This document shows, piece after piece, positions 9,381-18,270 of a DNA stretch of 55,149 bases. Below the pieces are notes generated by a model, which saw only the letters and a list, made by a program, of their open reading frames with translations, had not been told where the DNA came from and ran no database searches. Numbering within the stretch: position 1 is the first letter of the stretch; each line of letters starts with the position of its first letter. This DNA comes from Candidatus Saccharimonadales bacterium (lineage in GTDB: Bacteria; Patescibacteriota; Saccharimonadia; UBA4664; SCTI01), in assembly GCA_035479795.1 (NCBI GenBank), contig DATIII010000003.1, positions 1-55,149 on the forward strand, written 5' to 3'. Both the position numbers and the translations under genes were made by a program.

Positions 9381-10817
9381 CTAACTTGGGCGCTTAGGTT
9401 CGTCAAACTTGGGGAACAGAATGCCAATGTCGGCATTAACTTTGCCGCCTTCAAATGTCTTTAAAATTCGCTCTGAAGTGGCGGGAATAAATGGCAGCAA
9501 TAAATGGGCAACGTGTATAATTTCCGAAACTGCCTGAGCCAGCACTTCTTGCAAGTGAGTTTTGTCAGTTTTGGCTATCTCCCAAGGTTTCTCGTCTTCC
9601 AAATATTGATTAACCCCCCGTACATAGCTCCAGATCTCATCTAGCGCGCGGTCAAGCCGAAAAGCCTCCATGCTTTCACGGATGCGGCCGGTATCATGGC
9701 TGGCCTCCGGGACCGGCCCGATCTCCCCATCCTGGTAGCGACTAATCATCGAAGCCACCCTCTGCACAGCATTGCCAAGTTCATTGGCCAGCTCGGTTTC
9801 ATAAGTGTTCACGAAACGCTCGTGGCTAAACTCGCCGTCACCGCCAAAGGGGATTTCGCGCAATAGATAAAACCGCAGGGCATCAACGCCATATTTACCA
9901 GCCAGCTCAACCGGATTAATGGCATTACCAAGGGATTTCGAGATCTTTTTGCCGTCGATCGTGAAGAAACCATGAGCAAAAACTACCTTTGGTAGCGGTA
10001 TACCGGCGCTCATCAGCATGGCCGGCCAGATGATGCAATGGAACTTAATAATGTCCTTACCCACCAGGTGTAGATCGGCTGGCCACCATGGATCGGTTTT
10101 GCCGGGGTAGCCAACGGCAGTTAAATAATTAATTAGAGCATCAAACCAAACATACACCTTTTGATCCTTATCGCCAGGCCAGTCAATCCCCCACTGCGCT
10201 CCTTGACGCGACACGCTGATATCCTCGAGGCCTCGATTAATAAAGGCCACCACTTCATTGCGCCGCGACTCCGGCTGAATGAAGCTAGGGTTGTTGTTTA
10301 TATGCTTTAAGAGTTTGTCGCCATATTTCGACAATTTGAAAAAGTAATTATCTTCCTTACGCTTTTCGGGCGCTCGGTTATGCTCGGGACATTTGCCGTC
10401 CACCAGCTCGGTCTCGGAGATAAAAGCCTCATGACCAACACAATATAGGCCCTCATATTCACCTTTGTAGATGTCTCCGGCAGCCTGAACTTTTTCGATA
10501 AAGGCCTGCGACGCCTTAATGTGGTCACCCTCGGTCGTCCGAATAAACCGGTCGAAGCTAATACCCAGCTGGCTCCACGTCTGCTTCCAGGCATCGGCCA
10601 TCCAGTCGGCATACTCCCCCACCGGTTTACCCGCCTTCTCAGCCGCTTCTATGGTTTTTTGGCCGTTTTCATCGGTGCCCACCGAAAAGAAAACATTCAC
10701 GCCCTGACCCCGGGCATTTCGGGCCAAAACGTCAGCCGCAATCGTCGAGTAGGCGTGGCCAACATGGGGAAGGTCGTTAATGTAGTAGATCGGTGTGGTG
10801 ATATAGAACTTGGACAT
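9381..10817 (-). CDS. metG: Methionyl-tRNA synthetase, short form
   Basis: TTPIYYIN..PHVGHAY (HIGH), YVWFDAL, GKDIIKFH, KISKSLGN (KMSKS); no C-terminal tRNA-binding domain. Confidence 0.97.
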   Translation of the reverse strand: MSKFYITTPIYYINDLPHVGHAYSTIAADVLARNARGQGVNVFFSVGTDENGQKTIEAAEKAGKPVGEYADWMADAWKQTWSQLGISFDRFIRTTEGDHIKASQAFIEKVQAAGDIYKGEYEGLYCVGHEAFISETELVDGKCPEHNRAPEKRKEDNYFFKLSKYGDKLLKHINNNPSFIQPESRRNEVVAFINRGLEDISVSRQGAQWGIDWPGDKDQKVYVWFDALINYLTAVGYPGKTDPWWPADLHLVGKDIIKFHCIIWPAMLMSAGIPLPKVVFAHGFFTIDGKKISKSLGNAINPVELAGKYGVDALRFYLLREIPFGGDGEFSHERFVNTYETELANELGNAVQRVASMISRYQDGEIGPVPEASHDTGRIRESMEAFRLDRALDEIWSYVRGVNQYLEDEKPWEIAKTDKTHLQEVLAQAVSEIIHVAHLLLPFIPATSERILKTFEGGKVNADIGILFPKFDEPKRPS

Positions 10818-10922
10818 TGGGGCTAATTATAGCCAATTTCAGATTAGGGGTCTATGCTTTGCTCTTGATTTTTAGCCAAAAAATGGTATTGTCTACCCAG
10901 CCCTTCGACAGATTGGAATCTA

Positions 10923-11252
10923 ATGCCTAAAACTCCGACTCAGCTTGACGAGCTCACCAGCTTGCTCAAGGATTTGGAAAGGACCTGCGGCACTCTGCTC
11001 GCAAATCGCCACCACCAGCTGGAGTCGATCCGCCGGAAGCACCAAGAGGCAGCCGCCCAGGCGCTAAAAGCCGTCGACGCCAAGCTGGAAGAGATGACCG
11101 ACTGGAAGTACTACTTCACCCTTGAAACCGCGAGGCCCGAACAAAGAAGCCTCGAGGGAAGTGGCGACTTCCTCAAGCGCGTAGTCGTGTGGTATAAGGA
11201 CGGCATCGCCCGCGCCCGCCGCGGCACCGAGAGCAAGAAGCAGACGGCATGA
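10923..11252 (+). CDS. Hypothetical helical protein
   Basis: 109-aa ORF after a TTGATT..TATTGT promoter-like sequence; ATGA-coupled to the next gene. Confidence 0.7.
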   Translation: MPKTPTQLDELTSLLKDLERTCGTLLANRHHQLESIRRKHQEAAAQALKAVDAKLEEMTDWKYYFTLETARPEQRSLEGSGDFLKRVVVWYKDGIARARRGTESKKQTA

Positions 11253-11599
11253 CCGCGGGCACCGCCGTTCACATCGCCACCGTTCGCATCACCGGCACTC
11301 CAATGGAGACGGGAGTGGTGGTCGACACGATGATGAACATGGTGGATCGCTTCGGCATCCTGGACGACCTACGATTCGTGCAGCTCGAGACGGGTAACCT
11401 GATCGACGAACCGATCTCAATTCTGGGGCTTGGGCAGCGACTAACCCGCCAGCTCTGGTTCTGGCACGACATTCGAACCGTCGGCGAGCTGACTGAGCGC
11501 CGGCGTGAGGATCTGTTCAAGCCTCATAAGATCGGCTGGCCGTCGGTCGAGCGCATCGAGGCTGCCCTCCGCCAGTTTGGTCTGGCGCTAAGCAAATGA
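11249..11599 (+). CDS. Stand-alone protein with an RNA polymerase alpha C-terminal-domain-like (HhH) module
   Basis: C-terminal half PISILGL..RL...L....IRTVGEL..R...DL.K...IG..SVE.I...L...GL.L follows the alphaCTD pattern. Confidence 0.7.
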   Translation: MTAGTAVHIATVRITGTPMETGVVVDTMMNMVDRFGILDDLRFVQLETGNLIDEPISILGLGQRLTRQLWFWHDIRTVGELTERRREDLFKPHKIGWPSVERIEAALRQFGLALSK

Positions 11600-11643
11600 C
11601 CCGCTTTTCGGAGTTGAAAAAGACCCTTAAAGCGGGTCTTTTT
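11598..11643. terminator. Bidirectional intrinsic terminator between convergent genes
   Basis: AAAAGACCC-ttaaagc-GGGTCTTTT hairpin (11617-11641); an alternative GACCCGCTTT/AAAGCGGGTC stem is also possible. Confidence 0.7.
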
Positions 11644-12473
11644 CATATAATTTCGTATTTAAGCGCTATGTCATACAGTCTTTGCCAGGCCCTCATATCC
11701 AACTCTTGGGCTCTGGCAGTTGGCTTGATCTTGGCTTCCTTTAGCAATCGCTCGGCCAAGGCCATCTCTAGATTTAATCCTCCCGCCAAACTGTTTTTAA
11801 GCATTTTGCGCTTTTCACCAAAGCCAGCTTTGACCAGCCGAAAAAGTTTATCACGATCGGCATTAAACGCAGGCTGATCGTAGACCTTGACCTGCAGAAT
11901 TGCCGAGTCAACCTTGGGTGGTGGCCAGAATTTGTGACGTTCGACAATTCGCACTAGAGTCGGCGCTCCATAATACTGAACCGAAAAAGCCAACACGCTC
12001 ATCTGCCCAGGCCTCGCCACAATCCGCTGAGCCACTTCTTTTTGAATTAGCAGTGACATGATCGCGGGCGGATTACTGCTTTCCAGCAACAGCCGGAATA
12101 TTTTTGAGGTTAGATAATACGGAATATTGGCCACAACTTTATAGCTCGAGGGGAGTGATGTGAGGTCAAAGCTGATAATGTCGGCCTGCCGAACGTCTAG
12201 ATTGACCGGCTTATCACGTTCAAGCAATGTAGCCAGATCTTGATCCATCTCCACAGCTACGAGCGATTTAACCTGGGCGGCCAGCGGCGCCGTCATCACC
12301 CCCAGACCCGGACCGATCTCCAGTACAACATCATCGCTGTTTAGTTCGCCAGCCTGCATAACCGCTTCTAGACTGTCATTATCAACCAAAAAATGTTGGC
12401 CCAAGGTTTTTTGCGCCTTCAACCCAGCCAGCCGCATGGCAACTTTTAAATCATCAACATCCGTCAAATCCAT
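11643..12473 (-). CDS. rsmA: 16S rRNA adenine dimethyltransferase RsmA/KsgA
   Basis: KTLGQHFL, VLEIGPGLG, VANIPYYLTS, F.P.PKVDSA. Confidence 0.96.
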   Translation of the reverse strand: MDLTDVDDLKVAMRLAGLKAQKTLGQHFLVDNDSLEAVMQAGELNSDDVVLEIGPGLGVMTAPLAAQVKSLVAVEMDQDLATLLERDKPVNLDVRQADIISFDLTSLPSSYKVVANIPYYLTSKIFRLLLESSNPPAIMSLLIQKEVAQRIVARPGQMSVLAFSVQYYGAPTLVRIVERHKFWPPPKVDSAILQVKVYDQPAFNADRDKLFRLVKAGFGEKRKMLKNSLAGGLNLEMALAERLLKEAKIKPTARAQELDMRAWQRLYDIALKYEII

Positions 12474-12494
12474 AAGGGTATTGTCTCACACCAA

Positions 12495-12524
12495 AGATCC
12501 TTCGACTTCGCTCAGGATGACAGC
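12495..12524 (-). repeat. REP-like palindrome, GTCATCCTGAGCGAAGTCGAAGGATCT type
   Basis: Read directly; relatives at 45544-45572 and 51384-51442. Confidence 0.75.
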
Positions 12525-12552
12525 GCAGAAAGGCGGCTTGTAAGTTGTAAAA

Positions 12553-12635
12553 TTCAAGGAAGGGTCGAGAACCGAAAGCAAGGCGTAGTATCCTACGGCG
12601 AGTGCGGATCGGAGGCTATGACGATGAAGTTTGCG
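12553..12635 (+). repeat. Dispersed ~85-nt structured intergenic element, copy B
   Basis: TTCAAGGA..CGAGAACCG..AGGCGTAG-tatc-CTACGGCG..GGATCG..GACG..GAAG. Confidence 0.8.
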
Positions 12636-12650
12636 CTTAGAAGCCGCCGC

Positions 12651-13856
12651 CTAGTAGCTGTGGTTCTTTTGCCAATAAGCCCAGGCATTAGCCGGATTAC
12701 CATACTTGCCGGCTATATAGTCGAGGCCCCAAGTAATCTGACCGGCGGGTGACTTGTCGCGAATCTTGCTACAGGGATAGGCCTGAGGAATGCCACAGGC
12801 ACCGCTCCAGAAGTTGGTTGAGTTAGGGTTCCAGCCCGATTCGCGGTCCCAGAGCTGATATAGCGCATCCCACTGACCATCAACCCAACCACGAGCAGCT
12901 GACATCTGCTTGCCGAGCTGGACCGGGTCCGCACTGTAATTAATCTTGGTCCCGATTAGGATAACTTTGGTTACTGGAGCCGTAATTACGGTTGAAGCCA
13001 AGGTTTCACGCGACTTCTCCACCCCATTCTGGTAATGGATTCGATAGATCGATTCCTTGGAACCATCTTTACCCTCTTCCTGCACTTTGGTTGTTCCGGC
13101 ATCGACGTTGGGATCCTTGACCTGGCGAACATCACGGGCGATCGCCTCAGTCACCTTCTGTGTCACAATTTTGACCCGGTTAATCTGGATGACCATGTCA
13201 GCTTTAACCAGCGTATCCCTTGGAGGCACTACCTGGTCCTGCGGCCCTAAGGCAATGTCGCGCTCGTCTAGAACACCACCCACCGTCGGCTGCTGGGTGC
13301 GAATAACCGAGCGCACGCCGTCTGAAACTAGGAATACTGGTGTAGCGCGATGGATAACAACCTTTTGTCCGACCAAACCACTGCCGGCGATATCGTTAAT
13401 CAGCGAAACATCATAGACGTCCTCAGGATAAACGGTCAAACCCGCCGCTTGCGAAATTAAAACTGGGCTTTGAAAGGCGGTATTGACCGAGACAACGCGT
13501 GAACCGTCCACCACCTGGACTGGGCGGCTACGATACACATTGATGTTAAAAAAACCGGGAGAAATAGCGGTAGCTGGCTTAGGCTCAACCAAATCAGTAG
13601 CCGCGGCTGGCACACCCGCCTCGAGCAGAGCTGCCTCTACTGTCGGCGCATCAGATGTAATAACCTTCTTTTGACCATCAAAATAAATGCTAATAATCCG
13701 CGAAGAATCGGCATGAACCGCCTTAGGCGGGGGAATCAAACCGGTCAGCAGACCAAGAAATACGATGGTAAAAATGAGTCCGAACGTGTAATACAGAACT
13801 TTCTGGAAACGTCCGCCCGGCGTAGCGGGAATTGACCCATAGAAATTGTTTAAAAT
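12651..13856 (-). CDS. DUF348/G5-domain surface protein with a C-terminal lytic-transglycosylase-like domain
   Basis: DUF348-like repeats, G5 domain (EGKDG..E..Y.I....G.E..R), LWDRESGWNP..SGACGIPQA; the frame stays open 39 codons upstream of the called TTG (13739) and encodes the TM anchor, so the start is uncertain (ATT at 13856 proposed). Confidence 0.85.
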   Translation of the reverse strand: MLNNFYGSIPATPGGRFQKVLYYTFGLIFTIVFLGLLTGLIPPPKAVHADSSRIISIYFDGQKKVITSDAPTVEAALLEAGVPAAATDLVEPKPATAISPGFFNINVYRSRPVQVVDGSRVVSVNTAFQSPVLISQAAGLTVYPEDVYDVSLINDIAGSGLVGQKVVIHRATPVFLVSDGVRSVIRTQQPTVGGVLDERDIALGPQDQVVPPRDTLVKADMVIQINRVKIVTQKVTEAIARDVRQVKDPNVDAGTTKVQEEGKDGSKESIYRIHYQNGVEKSRETLASTVITAPVTKVILIGTKINYSADPVQLGKQMSAARGWVDGQWDALYQLWDRESGWNPNSTNFWSGACGIPQAYPCSKIRDKSPAGQITWGLDYIAGKYGNPANAWAYWQKNHSY

Positions 13857-14015
13857 GTAAGCCTCTTCAGTTACGTATTAGATACGATCGACCTGAGATT
13901 TTGGCTTTTTATTTTTGAGCTCCACCTGGTGTAAAGCTTATGCTTATTTTAGTCGTAAGCACTATAAATATCAAGCAAGTAGGAGCGTTTTTGCGCTCAC
14001 CTCTAACCCGTGAGT

Positions 14016-16133
14016 TTAGTCGACTTTTTCCACAGGAGCAAATGATAGGCTGAGCTTCTTGGTCCCAACACCTTCAAAAGTGGCAGTCAACTCATCACCC
14101 TCGACACTAGACACCAGGCCCTCTCCAAATTTGGAGTGGCGAATCTTGTCGCCCGGCTTCAAGTCATCCGGAATCGGCCGAAACACCTCCGGTTCTCGCC
14201 TATCAACCTTTAGCTCACTCCCCGCCTGCACCTCCACTGGAATATCCAGTAGGAACCGGCTCGGCGGATTGTGTTGGTAGCTGCCATACAGCAGCCGCGA
14301 ATTAGCGTGAATCAGATACAGCTGGTGCTTGGCGCGGGTCATACCAACATAGGCCAGCCGTCGTTCCTCTTCCAGCTCAGCCTGATCCATGGCAGTGCGG
14401 CCATGCGGGAAAATCCCCTCTTCCATCCCCGCCATAAATACCACCGGGAATTCCAGGCCCTTGGCGGCATGCAGGGTCATCAGCGTCACTGCGTTCGACT
14501 CGGTTGAATAATTATCAATATCCGAAATCAAGGCAATTTCTTCAAGAAATCCTGCCAGCCCCAGATCGTTATAGGTCTCAGCTACGCTTAAAAGTTCTTT
14601 GACGTTTTCAATCCGATCGCCAGCCTGCGCACTGCCATCATCCAGAAATTCCAAGTAACCACTGTCTTTCAATGTGCGCTCCAGGAGAGCCGAAACCGTC
14701 ATGACGTCGACCTGCTTAGTCAGCCGGTCGATCAGTGTATGAAAGCCAGCGATGGCAGAAACGGCCCGCGGTGTTAATCCCTCAATCTGGCTGACTGCCA
14801 TCATGGCATCCATTAGGCTGAGATTGTTTTGGCGCCGATAATTTAGCAGGCGCTCCAGGCTTTTATCACCCAAGCCGCGCGGAGGCAGGTTGATGATGCG
14901 GCCAAAGCTAACCGCATCATCCGGGTTGTAACTAAATCGTAAGTAGGCCAAAGCATCCTTAATTTCCTTACGCTCATAGAAGCGCGTGCCGCCGACTATC
15001 TTATACGGCAGGTTGTAGCGCAGAAACGATTCTTCCAACGAACGCGATTGCGCGTTTGTCCGGTAGAGCACGGCAAAATCCATTAGATCGTAGGCCTTAG
15101 CCCGCACCATCTTTTCAATCTGGTTAATAATAAAATTGCCCTCTTGCATTTGGTCATAAACGCTAACAATCTGCACCCCCTCACCGCCCTCCTCGGCCGT
15201 CCACAGCTTTTTGTCGGAGCGCACTATGTTCTTGGAAATCACGGCATGGGCCGCGTCTAGGATATTCTTAGTCGAACGATAATTCTGCTCGAGTTTAATC
15301 ACCTTAGCCTTGGGGTAGTCTTTTTCAAAATCGAGAATGTTTTGGAAGTTGGCGCCGCGCCAGGAGTAAATACTTTGCCAGTCATCCCCCACCACACAGA
15401 TATTGTGATGGGTCTTGGCTAACATCTTGGTCACTTGGTACTGCGCGTGGTTGGTATCTTGATACTCATCGACCAGGATGTAGCTAAACTGGCGCTGCCA
15501 CTTGGCCAACATTTCCGGCTGCTTAAAAAGCTCCACCGTTTTCATAATGATGTCATCAAAGTCGATGGCATTAGCCTGAGCCAGGATTAATTGATAAGCC
15601 GGATACACCCGAGCCGCCACGTCTTGAGCCCCACCACGCGCGTATTCGCGGTAGTGCACCGGACCGATGAGCTCGTTTTTGGCCGAACTAATGAGGTTGG
15701 CGATGTAGGTCGGCTGATACTGCTTTTCATCCACACCGAGCTGGCGCATGGCTTGTTTGATAGCACTCAAACTGTCAGCGGCATCAAAAATCGAAAAGTT
15801 GCGAGGCAAGCCAATCTCTTCGCCATCTCGCCGTAGAATCCGCACACAGATTGAGTGAAAAGTCCCTACAAAAGGAAAATACGCCCGGCTATCCCGCCGA
15901 AATCCCAGCAGCTTCAGCACCCGCTCGCGCATCTCGCCAGCCGCCTTGTTGGTGAAAGTTACGGCTAGGATATTGGCCGGATCCACCTGCTTTTCGGCCA
16001 CTAAATAAGCAATCCGATGAGTCAGGGCCTTGGTCTTGCCACTACCCGCCCCAGCCAGCATTAAAACCGGCCCTTCGGTAGTCAGGACCGCCTGCTTTTG
16101 GGGCTCGTTAAGGTCACTTAGTAGGTCTGGCAT
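14016..16133 (-). CDS. pcrA: ATP-dependent DNA helicase PcrA/UvrD
   Basis: LAGAGSGKT, TFTNKAA, DEYQDTN, LEQNYRS, TLHAAKGLEF, EERRLAYVGMTRA, C-terminal Tudor-like H.KFGEG.V. Confidence 0.96.
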   Translation of the reverse strand: MPDLLSDLNEPQKQAVLTTEGPVLMLAGAGSGKTKALTHRIAYLVAEKQVDPANILAVTFTNKAAGEMRERVLKLLGFRRDSRAYFPFVGTFHSICVRILRRDGEEIGLPRNFSIFDAADSLSAIKQAMRQLGVDEKQYQPTYIANLISSAKNELIGPVHYREYARGGAQDVAARVYPAYQLILAQANAIDFDDIIMKTVELFKQPEMLAKWQRQFSYILVDEYQDTNHAQYQVTKMLAKTHHNICVVGDDWQSIYSWRGANFQNILDFEKDYPKAKVIKLEQNYRSTKNILDAAHAVISKNIVRSDKKLWTAEEGGEGVQIVSVYDQMQEGNFIINQIEKMVRAKAYDLMDFAVLYRTNAQSRSLEESFLRYNLPYKIVGGTRFYERKEIKDALAYLRFSYNPDDAVSFGRIINLPPRGLGDKSLERLLNYRRQNNLSLMDAMMAVSQIEGLTPRAVSAIAGFHTLIDRLTKQVDVMTVSALLERTLKDSGYLEFLDDGSAQAGDRIENVKELLSVAETYNDLGLAGFLEEIALISDIDNYSTESNAVTLMTLHAAKGLEFPVVFMAGMEEGIFPHGRTAMDQAELEEERRLAYVGMTRAKHQLYLIHANSRLLYGSYQHNPPSRFLLDIPVEVQAGSELKVDRREPEVFRPIPDDLKPGDKIRHSKFGEGLVSSVEGDELTATFEGVGTKKLSLSFAPVEKVD

Positions 16134-16225
16134 TACCATATTCTACCAATCTAAAAAGATTTTGACTTGCGCCAAGATATTTACTGGTGTTAAATGTCAC
16201 CACCAACCCCTTTCAAGGAGGCCTG

Positions 16226-17011
16226 ATGTCACGGAAGCTCGGCCCCTCCCATCGGGGCTTTCTGGAGTACCTGTTGGACAACGGGGGCGAAGTTAAGGAT
16301 CCCGAAGGCAAGCTCCGGGACACTATTGCCAGCGACCTGGTTATGACCATCGACTCTCTCAGCGTGGTGATCGGTAGGTGCAAGGCCAACAGCCACATCG
16401 ATATGGACGCGGCGCGAAGCCGCGGAACCACGCGGATTACTCTAACTGAAATTGGTCGGAGCGCCTTGACCAGCGGTACTAACGGCAGCTCCGCAGTAGT
16501 CGTTAAGCCGAAGTTAGGCGCTACTGATACCGACATCAGTGAAGAAGAGGCCAATCTTGACCTTGAGGCTGAAGATGGGGACGAAGAGTCCGAGGACGAA
16601 GAAGCTGAAGACGATCCGGGGCCAACCAAAAATCGAAACTCCCGGGCTGAGCAGGACAAGGCAAGAAGCAAAAAGCAGCTCATAGAGCAGATTGATAGCA
16701 ACGTCCGCCTGCACACGCAAATTCGAGAGCTAAAGGCCAAGCTGGCCGAGGTACCGGAGGACATCCAGGAAGCTCTGGCTATTGCGGCTACTGCGGAAAG
16801 GCGCTACCAAGAGCTCGAAGCCAAGTGCGAGATCGAGAAGGCTCAGCTCCAACAGCGGCTAGACAAGACGATCGAACGAATCCACGAACTGGAGCAGGAA
16901 AATCACGCCAACAGCGAAGGACGGATTGCCCTGCGCATCAAGGTGCACCAGCAACGTCAGGAGCTGGAAAAACTCAACCAGGCTCTGACCGCAGCCGAGG
17001 GGCAAGGATGA
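16226..17011 (+). CDS. Hypothetical protein: winged-helix-like N-terminus, acidic linker, coiled coil
   Basis: AAGGAGG SD before ATG 16226; RITLTEIGRSAL wing motif; DEESEDEE tract; heptad-rich C-terminus. Confidence 0.75.
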   Translation: MSRKLGPSHRGFLEYLLDNGGEVKDPEGKLRDTIASDLVMTIDSLSVVIGRCKANSHIDMDAARSRGTTRITLTEIGRSALTSGTNGSSAVVVKPKLGATDTDISEEEANLDLEAEDGDEESEDEEAEDDPGPTKNRNSRAEQDKARSKKQLIEQIDSNVRLHTQIRELKAKLAEVPEDIQEALAIAATAERRYQELEAKCEIEKAQLQQRLDKTIERIHELEQENHANSEGRIALRIKVHQQRQELEKLNQALTAAEGQG

Positions 17012-17439
17012 GCAAGCTGGAGAACAACCAGCTGTTAGCCCGGGTGGCCGACGAAGGGGGCCGGATCATTTCCGATAACTGCCTCAAGACGCTGAGAACC
17101 CTTCTAGACTGGGACACCACAGCGACCCGTTGGCGACTGAGCAACCTGATCGCGGGTGGCTTCTTGGATCGTCTCGCTAAGCCGAACCATGCAACCAAAG
17201 AAATTTGGCTGACCGAGATGGGCTGGAATCGCCTTGGGCTAGAGCCCCCCGATCAATTTGTCTTTGGGCCTACTCAGAAGCTGGATGATCTGCGGCCGTC
17301 TAACGTGTCTAATGCACACGCCGATGAGATGGAGCGATTGGAGGCCGAGAACGCCTCCTTAACCCAAGTCCTTGAGACTCTCCGGAACAAAATAACAGAA
17401 CAGCGGGAAGAAATTGCCCGTCTCAAAAGCACCCCGTGA
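17008..17439 (+). CDS. Hypothetical protein: winged-helix-like N-terminus plus short coiled coil (probable paralog of upstream gene)
   Basis: ATGA overlap with previous stop; EGGRII and IWLTEMGWNRL echo NGGEVK and ITLTEIGRSAL. Confidence 0.72.
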   Translation: MSKLENNQLLARVADEGGRIISDNCLKTLRTLLDWDTTATRWRLSNLIAGGFLDRLAKPNHATKEIWLTEMGWNRLGLEPPDQFVFGPTQKLDDLRPSNVSNAHADEMERLEAENASLTQVLETLRNKITEQREEIARLKSTP

Positions 17440-17462
17440 GGCCTTTGCTCCGCGGGGGCCTC

Positions 17463-18239
17463 TTATTTGGCTAGCTTGGCGGCTGATTCAATAATTGCCG
17501 GGAATTCTTCGGGCTTTAAGCTAGCCCCACCCACCAGTAAGCCATCACAATGTTCAAGCTCAAGGTAGGCTTCACAGTCGTCTTTATTAACGCTACCACC
17601 GTAGAGCAGTTTTACCTGGCTGCTGGCGCCTTCCCCAAACAACTCTTCAACGATGTGCCGAATCTGAGACAGCATTTCCTTGACGTCCCCGGGTTTGGCA
17701 AAGGTGCCGTGGCCATCACCGGTGCTAATCGCCCAAACTGGTTCATAACAAATAATAACGTCTGCCAAATCATCGTCTGTAATCTGGCTCAAACAGCCAT
17801 GGAGCTGATCATTAATCACCCTTTTGGAATGGCCTTCTTGCCGGTCATCCAGCTTCTCACCAATGCACAAAACCGGCTTTAGCCCGTTACGAATCGCCGC
17901 CGCCACTTTTTGACTAATCAACTTATCGGTTTCGCCTTCATCCCGCCGCCGCTCTGAGTGTCCAATAATCACGTACTCGCACAAATCTTTGAGCATCGGG
18001 CCCGACACCTCACCCGTAAAGGCACCTTCGTCTTGAGGGTGTAAATTCTGGGCACCGACGCGGAAAACGTCTTTTTCGGCCTTTTTGGCCACGGCTGGGA
18101 GGCTTACAAACGGCGGACACAGCACGGTCGTAACATGAGTCTGCGGCTTAACCTTCTCCTGTAGCTTGCCGACCAGCCTTTCCGCCTGCTCCGGCGCCTG
18201 GTGCATTTTCCAGTTGCCGACAATGGTGAAATGCTTCAT
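17463..18239 (-). CDS. tpiA: Triosephosphate isomerase
   Basis: GNWKM, GAFTGEVS, IGHSERR, YEPVWAI, YGGSV, LVGGASL. Confidence 0.98.
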   Translation of the reverse strand: MKHFTIVGNWKMHQAPEQAERLVGKLQEKVKPQTHVTTVLCPPFVSLPAVAKKAEKDVFRVGAQNLHPQDEGAFTGEVSGPMLKDLCEYVIIGHSERRRDEGETDKLISQKVAAAIRNGLKPVLCIGEKLDDRQEGHSKRVINDQLHGCLSQITDDDLADVIICYEPVWAISTGDGHGTFAKPGDVKEMLSQIRHIVEELFGEGASSQVKLLYGGSVNKDDCEAYLELEHCDGLLVGGASLKPEEFPAIIESAAKLAK

Positions 18240-18270
18240 GGCTATATCATATCACGGTTATGCTTACGGC

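Noticed and set aside
16825-17007. Long N-terminus of the 204-aa ORF
   Set aside because: It overlaps the upstream gene out of frame; the ATGA-coupled start at 17008 is more plausible
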